A stretch of 32,000 bases of DNA from Aliivibrio fischeri ES114 (GCF_000011805.1 NC_006841.2); one strand, 5' to 3'. Shown: positions 1 to 10,534, counted from the first letter of the stretch. Notes: a model not told the origin generated them from the letters alone. Translations and numbers: made by a program.

Positions 1-885
1 GGTGTTCTACTTAAACGTATCCATCTCATTAATGATAATTTTATTGAAGTTGCATCTAAGTTGGTCTTTCAAGTGACTTTACCAGCCATGCTTTTTTTAA
101 GTATTGTAAACGCCAAACATGATTTTTCTTCAAGTAGTCACTTAATCATCTATGGGCTTATTGCTAACTTTGTTTTCTTTCTTTTCACGATTTACTCCAC
201 CCGATTTGCTTTTAAAAACAAGCAAAATCACGGCGTTATTATTCAAGGAGGGTTTCGCGCTAACACAGCGATCATCGCTTTAGCTTATGTGGCTAATGCT
301 TATGGAAATACTGGCGTTGCACTCGCTGCTATCTATGTCGCTTCAACAACCATTTTATATAATATTCAGGCCGTTATAGCCCTTACACCTAAGAATGAGA
401 ACAATAAAAAACAAGCTGTTGGGATAATAATAAAAACACTCACTAAAAACCCATTAATTATTTCCATTGTATTAGGTATTATTTGTTCTCTTCTCTCTAT
501 TCCTGTACCTGGTATGCTTTCACAAGCCGGACAATACTTTGCCAATATGACGCTTCCTTTAGCTTTACTATGTGCCGGAGGTTCACTTAATTTACATTCA
601 ATGAAAGAAGAGAGTGCTGCTACGTGGTTTGCTACAAGCTATAAACTTATCTTAAGTCCATTATTCATTACGTCAGGAGGGATCCTCGTAGGATTTAGAG
701 GATTAGAGTTAGGGCTTATTTTCTTTATGAGTGCAGCACCAACAGCTGCAGCAAGTTATGTAATGGCTAGAGCAATGGGGGGAAATGCAATATTAGCGGC
801 AAACATTATCGCTCAAACAACCGTAGCCTCACTGTTTACTTGCACTCTAGGTATATTTGTTTTGTCATCATTTAATCTAATTTAA
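1..885 (+). CDS. Auxin-efflux-carrier (AEC) family membrane transporter, 5'-truncated by the window edge
   Basis: Frame 1 is open from base 1 (GVLLKRIHLINDNFIEVASK precedes the listed M at 61), so the gene begins left of the window. The product is a polytopic hydrophobic protein whose layout and C-terminal half (GGSLNLHSM...MSAAPTAAASYVMARAMGGN) resemble AEC/PF03547-type permeases. Stop is TAA at 883-885. Confidence 0.75.
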   Translation, partial: GVLLKRIHLINDNFIEVASKLVFQVTLPAMLFLSIVNAKHDFSSSSHLIIYGLIANFVFFLFTIYSTRFAFKNKQNHGVIIQGGFRANTAIIALAYVANAYGNTGVALAAIYVASTTILYNIQAVIALTPKNENNKKQAVGIIIKTLTKNPLIISIVLGIICSLLSIPVPGMLSQAGQYFANMTLPLALLCAGGSLNLHSMKEESAATWFATSYKLILSPLFITSGGILVGFRGLELGLIFFMSAAPTAAASYVMARAMGGNAILAANIIAQTTVASLFTCTLGIFVLSSFNLI

Positions 886-1011
886 TAAATTTTTTGGAAA
901 ATGAAAAAACAGTATCCTATATATAGTAATACCAACATCGTTAATGTGATGCTCAATTATTACTGATGTTGGTACAATGTATCTACTATTGTTTTAGTTA
1001 ATATCACGTTT

Positions 1012-1051
1012 TTCCAGAGAAGTTTCCCCTTAAGTTCTCTGGAATTTTTTT
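1012..1051 (+). terminator. Rho-independent terminator downstream of the AEC transporter gene
   Basis: 10-bp stem ttccagagaa (1012-1021) / ttctctggaa (1035-1044) with a 13-nt loop, followed by a run of seven T (1045-1051). Confidence 0.7.
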
Positions 1052-1056
1052 GTCTA

Positions 1057-2025
1057 TTATAACGTGTAGCGAACACCAAAAGTGAACGCGATATCAGTCG
1101 AGTTATCCATATTTATTGCATTTTCAATAACAGAAAACTCAAACGCGGCCTTCTCCAATAAATAACGGTAACCTAAAACATATTCATGTGAGGACTCTGA
1201 AAAATCATCACTATCATCAACCATACCTTCATAGTTATGATAAGAAGTAACAATATGATGCGATGGTGTAATGGCGTAACCATAACCAATAGCGAAAGCG
1301 AACGTATTTTCTTTATACGGTAACTCATTAATCACCGCATCATCATGAAAAGTGACTCCAAGCGTGGAAAAAATAGCGTGTTTCCCATAGTTAAAGCTGT
1401 AGTTTGCCTGTAAGCCTTGTTCAAAAGCCTCTCTTTTAAAATGACCACTATTCACCTTATTAAAATATAAACTAGCGCCTAAACTCACTGCATTATGTTC
1501 ATTGGCAAACAATTGATATTCTAAATAGCTATGAAGTGCACTTGATAATGTCTCGTTTTCAAAATCTTGAATATCCACCCCATACTTAGGCACCGAGATT
1601 GAAAATTGATCATCTTCGACTTCATCTCTTCCATTTTGGCCAATGCCAAAAAAGTCATGGAAACCATAAACAAAAGAATCCAGCCTATTGTTCCCCGCGT
1701 AGTTATATTGATATTTTAACTCCGCTTTAAATTTAGAGGTGATTTGCCATTGTGCTCCAGTGACTATTTGGTTTTGATAGTAATCCATACTGAAACTTTC
1801 TGAATGAGCCCAAACACTAGAAATGGTACCAGTAGCAAACAGCTCTACAGAATCGTCTTTCATAGCAAAAGCAGAACGAAGCTCTGTCGTTAAGCTATTG
1901 GATTGTATTGGAGACTGAGCGTAAGTTTTTAATGGCGTGACAGCAGTATCAGCCTGTACCCAAGAAGAAGACAGACCAACTATGGTTGGAATTAAAGTCA
2001 AAGTTATCTGTTTTCTTATAGGCAT
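1057..2025 (-). CDS. Putative outer-membrane beta-barrel protein with signal peptide
   Basis: The ORF runs 1057-2124. I prefer the ATG at 2025 (MPIRKQITLTLIPTIVGLSSSWVQA-DTA) because it gives a classic signal peptide with an AxA-like cleavage site. The rest shows alternating aromatic/polar beta-strand patterns and ends ...IAFTFGVRYTL, typical of OM barrels. The family was not recognised with certainty. Confidence 0.6.
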   Translation of the reverse strand: MPIRKQITLTLIPTIVGLSSSWVQADTAVTPLKTYAQSPIQSNSLTTELRSAFAMKDDSVELFATGTISSVWAHSESFSMDYYQNQIVTGAQWQITSKFKAELKYQYNYAGNNRLDSFVYGFHDFFGIGQNGRDEVEDDQFSISVPKYGVDIQDFENETLSSALHSYLEYQLFANEHNAVSLGASLYFNKVNSGHFKREAFEQGLQANYSFNYGKHAIFSTLGVTFHDDAVINELPYKENTFAFAIGYGYAITPSHHIVTSYHNYEGMVDDSDDFSESSHEYVLGYRYLLEKAAFEFSVIENAINMDNSTDIAFTFGVRYTL

Positions 2026-2263
2026 AATACTTTTCACATAATTAACCGCTACCAATAGATTGATAACAAAAGAAGGCATAAGGTAATAAACAACATTATT
2101 ACTTATCTTTCCTCTACCTCTCAATACGTTAATGACATGATGGGAGATAGATCATGCACAAAACAACTAAATGACTATAAAACAAGCATTAATAATAAAA
2201 ATTAAACAGATGCATTCAAAATGAAGATGGGACAGGGCAACCACATACCATTAAGTTATCAAT

Positions 2264-3163
2264 TTATTCTACTTGCTGATGTAACCATTCTTTAAATACG
2301 CTGATTTTATCACTCACAATTCCTTTCTGTTTCCACACAACGTAATAGGCTAACTCTGTGGTCGATTCAAGATCAGGAAACAACTGTACTAATCGTCCGC
2401 AATCTAAATCATCTTTTACTAATACACTTCGCCCCAAAGCTATGCCTTGTCCATTAATTGCAGCTTGAATAACAGAAGCTGAGTTATTTATTTTTAGTCC
2501 TTTTTCTGTATTTACATCAAAAATACTATTCTGCTCAAACCACACCTTCCAAGAAGGAAAGCCGCTTTCTTTAGGCAGAGAGATATCATGCAATAAAGGA
2601 AATTGAGCAATAGACTCAATACCTTCAATGCCTTTATTAAGTAACTCAGGAGAACATACTGGAAAAACAGACTCTGTCATTAATAGCGATGCTTCTAATC
2701 CTTCCCACTGACCTTTTCCATAACGAATCCCAACATCGATTCCTTCTGTAAGGTAATCCACAGTTCGAATATTTGTATCTAGCCTTAAATCCCACTCTGA
2801 ATAAGAAGTTTGAAAATCATCTATGCGCATTAATAACCATTTAGCCGCAAATGCAGGACTTACCGCTACCGTTAAAATAGGACTGTTTTTCATTGGTTTT
2901 AATAAATCTAAACCTTGTGCTAAATGCTCAAATCCACGCGTAATTTCAGGTAGACCTAACAGTGCTTCTTTAGTTAATACTAAACGAGAAACTCCTGATG
3001 TTCGTCTTTCGAATAAAGAAATACCTAACCATTCTTCCAACAGTTTTACTTGCTGCCCGATCGCTGCGGGAGTAACGTTTAACTCTTTCGCCGCTAAAGA
3101 AAAACTCAAATGTCGTGCTGAAGCTTCAAAGGCTCGCAAACCATTTAAATGGTGCAACTTCAT
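2264..3163 (-). CDS. LysR-family transcriptional regulator (GcvA-like subgroup)
   Basis: N-terminal wHTH MKLHHLNGLRAFEASARHLSFSLAAKELNVTPAAIGQQVKLLEEWLGISLFERR followed by a ~200-aa LysR substrate-binding domain. It is divergent from the cupin gene at 3292. Confidence 0.9.
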   Translation of the reverse strand: MKLHHLNGLRAFEASARHLSFSLAAKELNVTPAAIGQQVKLLEEWLGISLFERRTSGVSRLVLTKEALLGLPEITRGFEHLAQGLDLLKPMKNSPILTVAVSPAFAAKWLLMRIDDFQTSYSEWDLRLDTNIRTVDYLTEGIDVGIRYGKGQWEGLEASLLMTESVFPVCSPELLNKGIEGIESIAQFPLLHDISLPKESGFPSWKVWFEQNSIFDVNTEKGLKINNSASVIQAAINGQGIALGRSVLVKDDLDCGRLVQLFPDLESTTELAYYVVWKQKGIVSDKISVFKEWLHQQVE

Positions 3164-3291
3164 AAAACACTTCCCTAAAAATAAACATCAATAAAGAAAA
3201 ACTTTACTGGAAGTATAGAAGTTCTGATTTGTGAGTACGAGATAAAAATCACACAATAAACTTTATCGTCACACATTCATGTAGGTTTATT

Positions 3292-3966
3292 ATGAAATTA
3301 CACACTGATTTATCAAAACACGCGCATGCAATTTTCTCTCAATCCACATGGGTGCCTTCTCCAATAAAAGAAGTTTCTCGCAAAATGCTTGAACGTGATG
3401 GTGGCGAAATAGCAACAGCAACGACCCTAGTTCACTATGAACCTAATAGCTATTTTTCTTCTCATATCCATACCGGCGGTGAAGAGTTTTTTGTTTTAGA
3501 TGGCACTTTTGCTGATGAGCACGGTGACTACCCTATTGGTACTTATATGCGTAACCCTGTTGGCTCTTCTCACGCTCCAATCGTAGAGGCGGGGTGCATG
3601 ATTTTAGTTAAGCTAGGGCAATACCAAGAAGGTGACACAACTCCCGTACATATTGATACTCATGCTCAAGATTTTCTTCCTGATCCTTCGCGTCATCACG
3701 TGCAATATCAAGCGCTACATTCTTTTAAGCATGAGAGTGTTCGTCTTGAAAAATGGCAAGCAAATCAAACTATCAAACTGGAAAATCAAGGAGGAATTGA
3801 ACTCTTAGTTCTTGAAGGGAAATTTACTCATGATAATACTGAATATCGAAAATTTGATTGGCTACGTTTACCTATTGGACATTCCTTACACGCTAGTATC
3901 AAGGAAGATACTTGTAAAGTTTGGATAAAAACAGGGCATCACTTACATCAAATTAAAGATAAGTGA
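3292..3966 (+). CDS. ChrR-like bicupin domain protein (no anti-sigma zinc-binding N-terminus seen)
   Basis: Cupin motif HIHTGGEEFFVLDGTFADEHGDYPIGTYMRNPVGSSHAP, as in ChrR C-terminal cupins. A second cupin-like half follows (IELLVLEGKFTHDNTEYRKFDWLRLP). No HxxxCxxC anti-sigma motif is present. Confidence 0.7.
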   Translation: MKLHTDLSKHAHAIFSQSTWVPSPIKEVSRKMLERDGGEIATATTLVHYEPNSYFSSHIHTGGEEFFVLDGTFADEHGDYPIGTYMRNPVGSSHAPIVEAGCMILVKLGQYQEGDTTPVHIDTHAQDFLPDPSRHHVQYQALHSFKHESVRLEKWQANQTIKLENQGGIELLVLEGKFTHDNTEYRKFDWLRLPIGHSLHASIKEDTCKVWIKTGHHLHQIKDK

Positions 3967-3977
3967 GAAGTAATACA

Positions 3978-4006
3978 AAGGCCAAATCACTAATAGACTT
4001 GGCCTT
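3978..4006. terminator. Shared (bidirectional) hairpin between the convergent cupin and pepE genes
   Basis: 8-bp GC-containing stem aaggccaa (3978-3985) / ttggcctt (3999-4006) with a 13-nt loop, in the 61-nt gap between two convergent stop codons. The flanks are A/T-rich, but the T-runs are weak. Confidence 0.5.
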
Positions 4007-4027
4007 AATTTGTATTCTTAAAACAAT

Positions 4028-4765
4028 TTAACAACTGTGTTCCATTAAGAATTGAATATCATCTCCAGCGCCATAATACACGGGCTCTTTTCCATGACTG
4101 AATAGCTTCAATGGTTTTTCATTGGCGGTGTGATAGCTCAACTTACCATCAAGAATGTGCAACCATGTTCCTTCAGGAATACCAACTACAGGTTCATGCT
4201 TATTCACTTCCAAAAACTCTTGAATACGCTCATCACGTGTTTCACCAAAATGGCCTTCAACGGATGCTTCTAAATAATGAGGGTTAATTTGGAATGGAAC
4301 TAAATTTAATGAAGGCAGAATAGCGCCAGTAATGATAGGCATATCGTTCGTTGTACGAATCGTTGGGCAACCAATATTTGTGCCTGCACTCCAACCGATA
4401 TATGGAACGCCATTATCAAGTACAGCTTTACGAATAGGACCAATCAAACCTAAATCATGCAGTGTTTTATTTAATACCCAAGTATTGCCACCGCTAACCA
4501 AAATTCCATCCGCTTCTTGAATGGTTTTCACAGGATCTTCTGAACGATGCAATCCTGTTACTTTACAATCTAATCCTAGATGATCAAATGTTTGTTGTAC
4601 CAAGGCGACACGATCATCATGACTTGAACGAATAACAGCATAAGGAATAAGAACTAAATTCTTTGCTTTTGTGCGTTGAATCTGTTCAATAATCGCTTCA
4701 CTTGCAAACTCCATTACGTGATTATTTCCCGCAATTTTGCCGTTACTTAATAATAAAATATCCAT
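4028..4765 (-). CDS. pepE: Dipeptidase E (alpha-aspartyl dipeptidase, peptidase S51)
   Basis: Collinear by eye with E. coli PepE as I recall it: MDILLLSNG..., VSGGNTWVLNK, YIGWSAGTNIGCPTIRTTNDMPI (Ser nucleophile context), FQINPHY, GETRDERIQEF, GIPEGTWL. Confidence 0.9.
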   Translation of the reverse strand: MDILLLSNGKIAGNNHVMEFASEAIIEQIQRTKAKNLVLIPYAVIRSSHDDRVALVQQTFDHLGLDCKVTGLHRSEDPVKTIQEADGILVSGGNTWVLNKTLHDLGLIGPIRKAVLDNGVPYIGWSAGTNIGCPTIRTTNDMPIITGAILPSLNLVPFQINPHYLEASVEGHFGETRDERIQEFLEVNKHEPVVGIPEGTWLHILDGKLSYHTANEKPLKLFSHGKEPVYYGAGDDIQFLMEHSC

Positions 4766-5150
4766 CTTCTTACTGCCTTATGTCTATTTAATATCGCCAC
4801 AAATGTTTACTTTTATAAAAATAAGCATAGCGATCCAAGAGAGAGCAAAAACCATAACAGAAAAAATAAGGCTAAAACTTGTGTTAGATCTCACCTAACA
4901 ATGATCAACTCTAAGGCTTAACATATAATTTTATTTTGGCAGAAGTTAGACAAAAAGATTGAACAAATAGTAGCCTATTCTGAAGGTCGAAAGTAAAAAA
5001 ATTGTCAAAATGAAATACCTACCACTAAGATTTCATAATAAATAGGATTGCTACAAATTAATATAAATCGACACCTTGATTTTCTCGATAATAGTAAAAA
5101 TTAAGCGTATCTCATTCAACTATTCATACTATATGTAGCATATCCACTTT

Positions 5151-6746
5151 TTATTTATCAATTTTAAAGAAATCTAAGCTTTCTTTTTGTTTCTCCGCTA
5201 AATTTGATAATTCTAGACTAGCGGATGAACTTTGAGATATTGCTGTAGTTTCTAAAGCTACATTGTCAGAAATATTAGTCAAATTACTATTTATCTCATT
5301 AGATACCTGAGATTGTTCTTCTGAAGCAGTAGCAACTAATGAATTAATATCTGAGATTTCAGTACAAGCTTCTTGAACTTTTTTCAAAGAGTTATCAACT
5401 TGTTTATTTATAGACTGAACTGAATCAACTAACTCTAGACTTTGGTTCATCCCTTTATTTGCAATTTCTGCCTGGCTACGAAGATCTTCGATAATAGTTT
5501 GAATACCATAAGTTGAATCAGATGTACGTTTCGCAAGAATACGAACCTCATCAGCAACAACAGCAAATCCACGTCCAGACTCGCCGGCTCTGGCTGCTTC
5601 AATAGCTGCATTTAATGCAAGCAAATTAGTTTGCTCAGAAATCGAACCGATAGTATCAACAATAGTTCTTATTTCTTCAGATTTATCGCTTACATTAACT
5701 ACAGTTTTAGATAGTGAATCTAATGAGTGTATCACCTCATTAAACGCTACAGAACTTTGATCAAAGATAGTAAGTGCTTCTTCAGTAATTGTATTAATTT
5801 CTTGTGCTTTGGTTTCAGCACTAGCAGCATTATCTCTCACTTCACCTGCTGTAGCAGATAATTCATTGACAGCCGTTGCTACTAACGTAATTTCATTTAA
5901 TTGTCTTTCAGCGCTCTCTTGAGAGTTTGCTGTAATTTGTGAAAGTTCTGTTGCGGCAGTTGCGACCTCTAATCCAACTGAGTTTAATTGTGCAATTGTT
6001 GTTTTAAGCTTAAATAAAGTTTGATTGATCGCTTTGTTAAGTTGATAGATTTCATTATCACCTTTATCATCTAAATGATGTTCTAAATTTCCTTTTGATA
6101 CATCATCCATAACATAATTTATGTTAGAAAATACCTTAATTATATTAAGTATTATTTTTAGACTAATTGCCAAAGATATTAAAATACTGATTACAATTAA
6201 TGTAATTACAGTTTTTTTTGTTTTATTACTTTCTTTTTCAAATGATAAAACAGCTATTCTAGATGATTCATTTATTGATTTCTTAAGATTTACAATAATT
6301 TTATCTATATTGTTCCCTGTGTGTGTAAAATCATCATGAAATTTTTTATATTGCAATTCGTCTAATTCTTTGTCTTTATCATTTAACATATCCTTTGCAA
6401 ATACATTATATTTCAGTATTTCGTTATTTAAATCCTTATATATTTCCCTATAATTTGAGCTTTGTTCAGTCAGTTTATTTAAGGATTCCAACAATAAATT
6501 TATCGGCTTCTTAAACTCATTATCTCTTGTATATATATACCTTGTTAATAGTCTACGAGCTTCTGCTAAGTTATCATTAATATCAAAAAGCTTTGCGTCT
6601 TGTATTAATATATTTTTACTATCTTGATTGGAAGAATATATTAAATTATCTGTTTCCGATACAATATAAATAAACAAACCAATCGTAGTAATTAAAAATA
6701 ACAATATAGGGGATAATAAAAGTAATTTTAAACTAATTTTTCTCAT
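5151..6746 (-). CDS. Methyl-accepting chemotaxis protein (two TM segments, periplasmic helical sensor, HAMP, MCP signalling domain)
   Basis: TM1 [24 protein letters not shown]2 [25 protein letters not shown] ([12 protein letters not shown]), and the invariant tip [37 protein letters not shown]. Confidence 0.9.
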   Translation of the reverse strand: MRKISLKLLLLSPILLFLITTIGLFIYIVSETDNLIYSSNQDSKNILIQDAKLFDINDNLAEARRLLTRYIYTRDNEFKKPINLLLESLNKLTEQSSNYREIYKDLNNEILKYNVFAKDMLNDKDKELDELQYKKFHDDFTHTGNNIDKIIVNLKKSINESSRIAVLSFEKESNKTKKTVITLIVISILISLAISLKIILNIIKVFSNINYVMDDVSKGNLEHHLDDKGDNEIYQLNKAINQTLFKLKTTIAQLNSVGLEVATAATELSQITANSQESAERQLNEITLVATAVNELSATAGEVRDNAASAETKAQEINTITEEALTIFDQSSVAFNEVIHSLDSLSKTVVNVSDKSEEIRTIVDTIGSISEQTNLLALNAAIEAARAGESGRGFAVVADEVRILAKRTSDSTYGIQTIIEDLRSQAEIANKGMNQSLELVDSVQSINKQVDNSLKKVQEACTEISDINSLVATASEEQSQVSNEINSNLTNISDNVALETTAISQSSSASLELSNLAEKQKESLDFFKIDK

Positions 6747-6785
6747 AGCAAACTCTAAAATAATTTAATGATTATAGACAGTATT

Positions 6786-7028
6786 TTATAATTTATCATA
6801 ATATTTCAACCAACATTGAACAAATAAAGAAATTGATTTATCTTCATTTTTCACACCAACTAGAAATGATTTTTCTTCGTCACTTTCAGGAATTAAAGAA
6901 CCATCAAGCAATCCTTTCATTGTTAACCCATAATTATCTAAAATTGCAGCCTCCTCAACACTAAATCCATGATATATAAAACCATTTGGGAAATTATTAT
7001 CATCATAAAATCGAACGCTTCTTCTCAT
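6786..7028 (-). CDS. DUF413 / MaoP(YifE)-family small protein
   Basis: RFYDDNNFPNGFIYHGFSVEEAAILDNYGLTMKGLLDGSLIPESDEEKSFLVGV...WLKY matches my recollection of the DUF413 signature seen in E. coli YifE/MaoP (F-D-x-x-x-FP-x-GF...G-F-x-x-x-EA-x-L...G...L-x-x-G...P...E-x-x-F...W-x-KY). Confidence 0.65.
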   Translation of the reverse strand: MRRSVRFYDDNNFPNGFIYHGFSVEEAAILDNYGLTMKGLLDGSLIPESDEEKSFLVGVKNEDKSISLFVQCWLKYYDKL

Positions 7029-7107
7029 TTTTATACCAACTTAAAATTATGTAAATCTACAAATTACAGCTTATTTTTACTAAAAAAATTTATAGAGATA
7101 GTTATAC

Positions 7108-8637
7108 TTATTTGAATATCTTGCTAATATCTAATATTTTCATTGTTGCGCTATCAACTTTATTGGCATAGTCAAGTATTTTATTTCCTTGGGTAGCATT
7201 CTTTTGAGAAAGGCCTTTTACTTGATGAATACCTTGACTTATTTCTTTAGATATATTTTCTTGATCTTCGATAGTTAATGCAATTTGAGAAGCTTGATCT
7301 CCAATTTTATTAATTTGATTAAGAATATTATTCATTGCTTGATTAACTTTACTACTTCGATCAGAGCAATCATTGGCTTCTTTTTTACTAATAAACATTT
7401 CATCACTCCATATAGTTAATATTTTTTTTAGATCGGTAACAGAGTTTTGAATTATCAACGATGCTTTTTGTGTTCGATTAGCAAGAGTTCTAACTTCATC
7501 AGCAACAACAGCAAAACCTCGCCCTTGTTCTCCAGCTCGTGCAGCTTCAATTGCAGCATTAAGAGCTAATAAATTCGTTTGTTCAGCAATACTTTGAATA
7601 TCAGTCATAATAATAGAAATCTTATTTATGTCTTCAATTAAATTTATTGCATTTCCTGCTAATTTATCGATATTTATAGATAAATTATTAACTTTATCCA
7701 TAGATGAGCCTAAATAAATAGAACTTTTCTCGCTCTCATTAATTGCAACTCTTACTGATTCATATACTTGATTTACATTGATGCTAACTTCTTGAAGATT
7801 AGTTGTCATTTCAGTAATAGCAGTTACTGATTGTTTTAAATTTTTATTTTCTTCTTCAACACCATTAATAATATCACTAGCTGAATTCTTTAATTCAGAA
7901 ACAACGCTTAATAATGCATGTCCTGAATCTGAACTTCGACCAAGTATCGTTCGAATTCTAGCATTATTTAATTTCGTCTGATAATCGACAATACCAATAA
8001 ATCCTCCTCCAGAAAAAATATGACGTGAAGGGCTATCAAATAAAATTTTCACTTTTTTAGCATAAGAAGGAAAGGTAAATAATTCTTGATTAAAAATGGC
8101 ACCAATACAAATTAGTAAGCTTATAACAATTAAAGGTGTAGTAACTGAATCATTGATAAAAAATAATATAGTGATAGCTATGCTAATTATAAATAAAGCT
8201 ATAACTCTTCGTAGAACTATATCAGATTGAAAATCATAAATAGAACCACCTTTATTAAGATGCTCATATAACCTTTTAGCTTTTTCCTTTTGCTTTTGAG
8301 TTGGCACGGTACGAACAGATTGATAACCAATAACATTATTATCTTTTAAGATTGAAGTAATATATGCATCCACCCAATAGTAATCACCATTTTTGCAACG
8401 ATTAATTACGATGCCGCGCCAAGCTTTTCCTTCTTTTAATTTTGACCACAAATCTTCGAATGCCAATTTAGGCATAAAAGGATGTCTAATGATGTTATGA
8501 TTTTGACCTTTTAACTCATCTACTTTGTAGCCTGAGATCAAACAAAAAGCCTCATTAGCATAAGTAATCCTCCCTTCTAAATCAGTAATTGAAACTAATT
8601 GTTCTGTAGATTTAAATATTATTTCATTATTATCCAT
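7108..8637 (-). CDS. aer: Aer-type aerotaxis/energy-taxis receptor (N-terminal cytoplasmic PAS, membrane hairpin, MCP signalling domain)
   Basis: The PAS region [79 protein letters not shown] is collinear with the FAD-binding PAS of E. coli Aer. It is followed by a hydrophobic hairpin ([16 protein letters not shown]...[14 protein letters not shown]) and the tip [38 protein letters not shown] chose the ATG at 8637 (MDNNEIIF...); the longest ORF reaches 8715. Confidence 0.85.
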   Translation of the reverse strand: MDNNEIIFKSTEQLVSITDLEGRITYANEAFCLISGYKVDELKGQNHNIIRHPFMPKLAFEDLWSKLKEGKAWRGIVINRCKNGDYYWVDAYITSILKDNNVIGYQSVRTVPTQKQKEKAKRLYEHLNKGGSIYDFQSDIVLRRVIALFIISIAITILFFINDSVTTPLIVISLLICIGAIFNQELFTFPSYAKKVKILFDSPSRHIFSGGGFIGIVDYQTKLNNARIRTILGRSSDSGHALLSVVSELKNSASDIINGVEEENKNLKQSVTAITEMTTNLQEVSINVNQVYESVRVAINESEKSSIYLGSSMDKVNNLSINIDKLAGNAINLIEDINKISIIMTDIQSIAEQTNLLALNAAIEAARAGEQGRGFAVVADEVRTLANRTQKASLIIQNSVTDLKKILTIWSDEMFISKKEANDCSDRSSKVNQAMNNILNQINKIGDQASQIALTIEDQENISKEISQGIHQVKGLSQKNATQGNKILDYANKVDSATMKILDISKIFK

Positions 8638-8875
8638 ACAATACTTATAAAATTGAAAAACACTAAACCATTGGTTTAATGAGTATATTATAAAATTATT
8701 TTCTATTTCTATCACAAGTTTATCGATTTTAAAACATATAATTAAATCAATATTACTTAATTAGAAAAATGGACAAATATTGAAACATATCAGTCAATTT
8801 ATCATATTTGAAATATGTATAGGTAATGTAAGATACATAATAAACCCATAAACAGAGGACGCTACTATTAATAAT

Positions 8876-10507
8876 TTGAAGTTATCAGTTAAAAACCATT
8901 TAATAATAGGTTTTGGTATTACTCTACTTATAATGACATTTCTTACTATTTTCGGTATACAAAAAGTAAATACTATTAATAGTTCTCTAACTGAAATATC
9001 TGATATCAATTCAGTTAAACAACGCTATGCAATCAATTACCGTGGCAGTGTACATGACCGTGCAATTGCTATTAGAGATATTGCTATCGCAAGAACCCCA
9101 CAAGAAATATCACATTTAGAAAAAGAGATTAACCGATTACAAACCTTCTATCGTGATTCAGAAGCACAAATGAAAAAAATGCGCCAAGATGGTATCGCAT
9201 TTACCAGTGAAGAACTCAGCATTTTAGCTAATATCGAAAAAATTCAAAAAACGACATTACCATTAATCGACCAAGTTATTAGTGATAAAAAGTCAGGTAA
9301 ACTCACTACTGATGTTGTTTTAGATTCAATTCGCCCTGCATTTATTCAATGGTTAGATTGTATTAACCAGTTTATTGATTATCAAGAAATCCAAAACCAG
9401 ATACTTACTTCTGAGGCAAGGGGTACTGCTAGTGGCTTTCAAAAATTAATGTTACTCCTTACAATATCAGCTTTAATAGTTTCTTTATTCATTGGTTTTA
9501 TTATTGAACGTAGCTTTAAAGCTTCTTTAGGCCGCGAGCCTTGGGAGTTATCAGAAATGATTAAAAAGATCTCTGAAGGTAATCTATCCCAACGTTTTAA
9601 TAACGCTTCAAGTGCCGTTGGCATCTACAATTCATTAATTATTCTTAATGAAAAAGTAGGTGTAGCTATCAGAAACAGCAGTGATATATCAACTCACGTT
9701 GCAACGTCATCAGAGCAACTGACTGAAGTAATGCAAAACACGGCTAATAATGCTCAACATGAATTAGCACAAGTTGAAGAGATTTCACACGCAATCAGTG
9801 AATTATCGACAACCTCAAAAGAAGTGACATCAAATGCGGTTCACGCTGAAGAAGAAGTAAGTAAAGCGATAGACAGTGTTTCTCAAGGTAACCAAACCTT
9901 AGATGAATCGATTCATTTAACTCAGAGAATCAATGAGTCTGTGCAACTAACAGCAAGTATGATTGCTGAACTAAAAACCAATGCAATGGACATTGGGGAA
10001 GTAACTGCCGTTATCAGCACAATTTCAGACCAAATAAATTTATTGGCACTCAATGCTGCTATTGAAGCCGCTCGTGCAGGTGAATATGGTCGAGGCTTTG
10101 CCGTGGTTGCTGATGAGGTTCGTAATCTTGCATCAAAAACTCAAGAATCAACACAAAGTGTTCAAGAAATTATCGCTCAACTGCAAGCTCAATCTGAAAA
10201 AGCAAACGACAACATGATAAGTAACGTGGAGCTTATTCAAGAGTCTGTGGCTTTATCAGAGAATGTAAAATCCTCTTTCAGCTACATTGAGAATTCAGTT
10301 CAATCTATATCGAAGATAAACACCTTAGTGGCTAGCACCTCTCAAGAGCAGTTCACACTCACAGAACGAATCGCATTAAATACAACCAACACCTTTGATC
10401 TTGTTAATCAAAATGTAGCTGCGATTAATCAAACTCAACAAGCCGCAAAAGAACTATCACAACTGGCTGTTTCACAAAAAGAAGAATTAACTTTTTTTAA
10501 AGTGTAA
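8876..10507 (+). CDS. Methyl-accepting chemotaxis protein (4-helix-bundle-type periplasmic sensor, HAMP, signalling domain)
   Basis: TTG start at 8876, with agagga about 12 nt upstream. TM1 [22 protein letters not shown]2 [20 protein letters not shown], the post-TM2 motif [22 protein letters not shown] (GGEP-type HAMP entry), and the tip [37 protein letters not shown]. Its composition is visibly less AT-rich than that of the other MCP genes. Confidence 0.9.
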   Translation: MKLSVKNHLIIGFGITLLIMTFLTIFGIQKVNTINSSLTEISDINSVKQRYAINYRGSVHDRAIAIRDIAIARTPQEISHLEKEINRLQTFYRDSEAQMKKMRQDGIAFTSEELSILANIEKIQKTTLPLIDQVISDKKSGKLTTDVVLDSIRPAFIQWLDCINQFIDYQEIQNQILTSEARGTASGFQKLMLLLTISALIVSLFIGFIIERSFKASLGREPWELSEMIKKISEGNLSQRFNNASSAVGIYNSLIILNEKVGVAIRNSSDISTHVATSSEQLTEVMQNTANNAQHELAQVEEISHAISELSTTSKEVTSNAVHAEEEVSKAIDSVSQGNQTLDESIHLTQRINESVQLTASMIAELKTNAMDIGEVTAVISTISDQINLLALNAAIEAARAGEYGRGFAVVADEVRNLASKTQESTQSVQEIIAQLQAQSEKANDNMISNVELIQESVALSENVKSSFSYIENSVQSISKINTLVASTSQEQFTLTERIALNTTNTFDLVNQNVAAINQTQQAAKELSQLAVSQKEELTFFKV

Positions 10508-10534
10508 AAATAAAAAATATAAAAAGAGGTAGCT

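Noticed and set aside
901-966. 21-codon ORF (MKKQYPIYSNTNIVNVMLNYY) after the AEC gene
   Set aside because: It has no SD, lies in a 3' region with no downstream co-oriented gene to attenuate, and is most likely fortuitous.
2026-2124. N-terminal extension (MRGRGKISNN...) of the OM protein ORF
   Set aside because: The extension places 33 residues in front of an otherwise canonical signal peptide. The internal ATG at 2025 gives a normal exported precursor.
2823-3194. 123-aa plus-strand ORF
   Set aside because: It lies entirely antisense to the well-supported LysR gene (2264-3163). It is a shadow ORF with no motif or SD.
4332-4520. 62-aa plus-strand ORF
   Set aside because: It is antisense inside pepE, whose product aligns end to end with E. 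coli PepE.
6121-6339. 72-aa plus-strand ORF
   Set aside because: It is antisense inside the MCP gene 5151-6746. This is a low-complexity I/L/F-rich translation of AT-rich DNA.
8638-8715. N-terminal extension ([11 protein letters not shown]...) of the Aer-type receptor ORF
   Set aside because: Aer-type PAS domains begin close to the N-terminus. The ATG at 8637 matches the Aer alignment, and the extension is an AT-rich read-through of the promoter region.
8720-8727. Sigma-28 (FliA)-like -10 element (minus strand atcgataa) upstream of the Aer-type gene
   Set aside because: It resembles GCCGATAA only partly, and I could not find a TAAAG-type -35 at the required spacing. Matches of this kind are common in AT-rich DNA.
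8794-9009. 71-aa minus-strand ORF spanning the MCP divergent region
   Set aside because: It overlaps the 5' end of the MCP gene at 8876 and has no SD. It is a hydrophobic shadow of the TM1 coding region.
9439-9624. 61-aa minus-strand ORF
   Set aside because: It is antisense inside the MCP gene 8876-10507.
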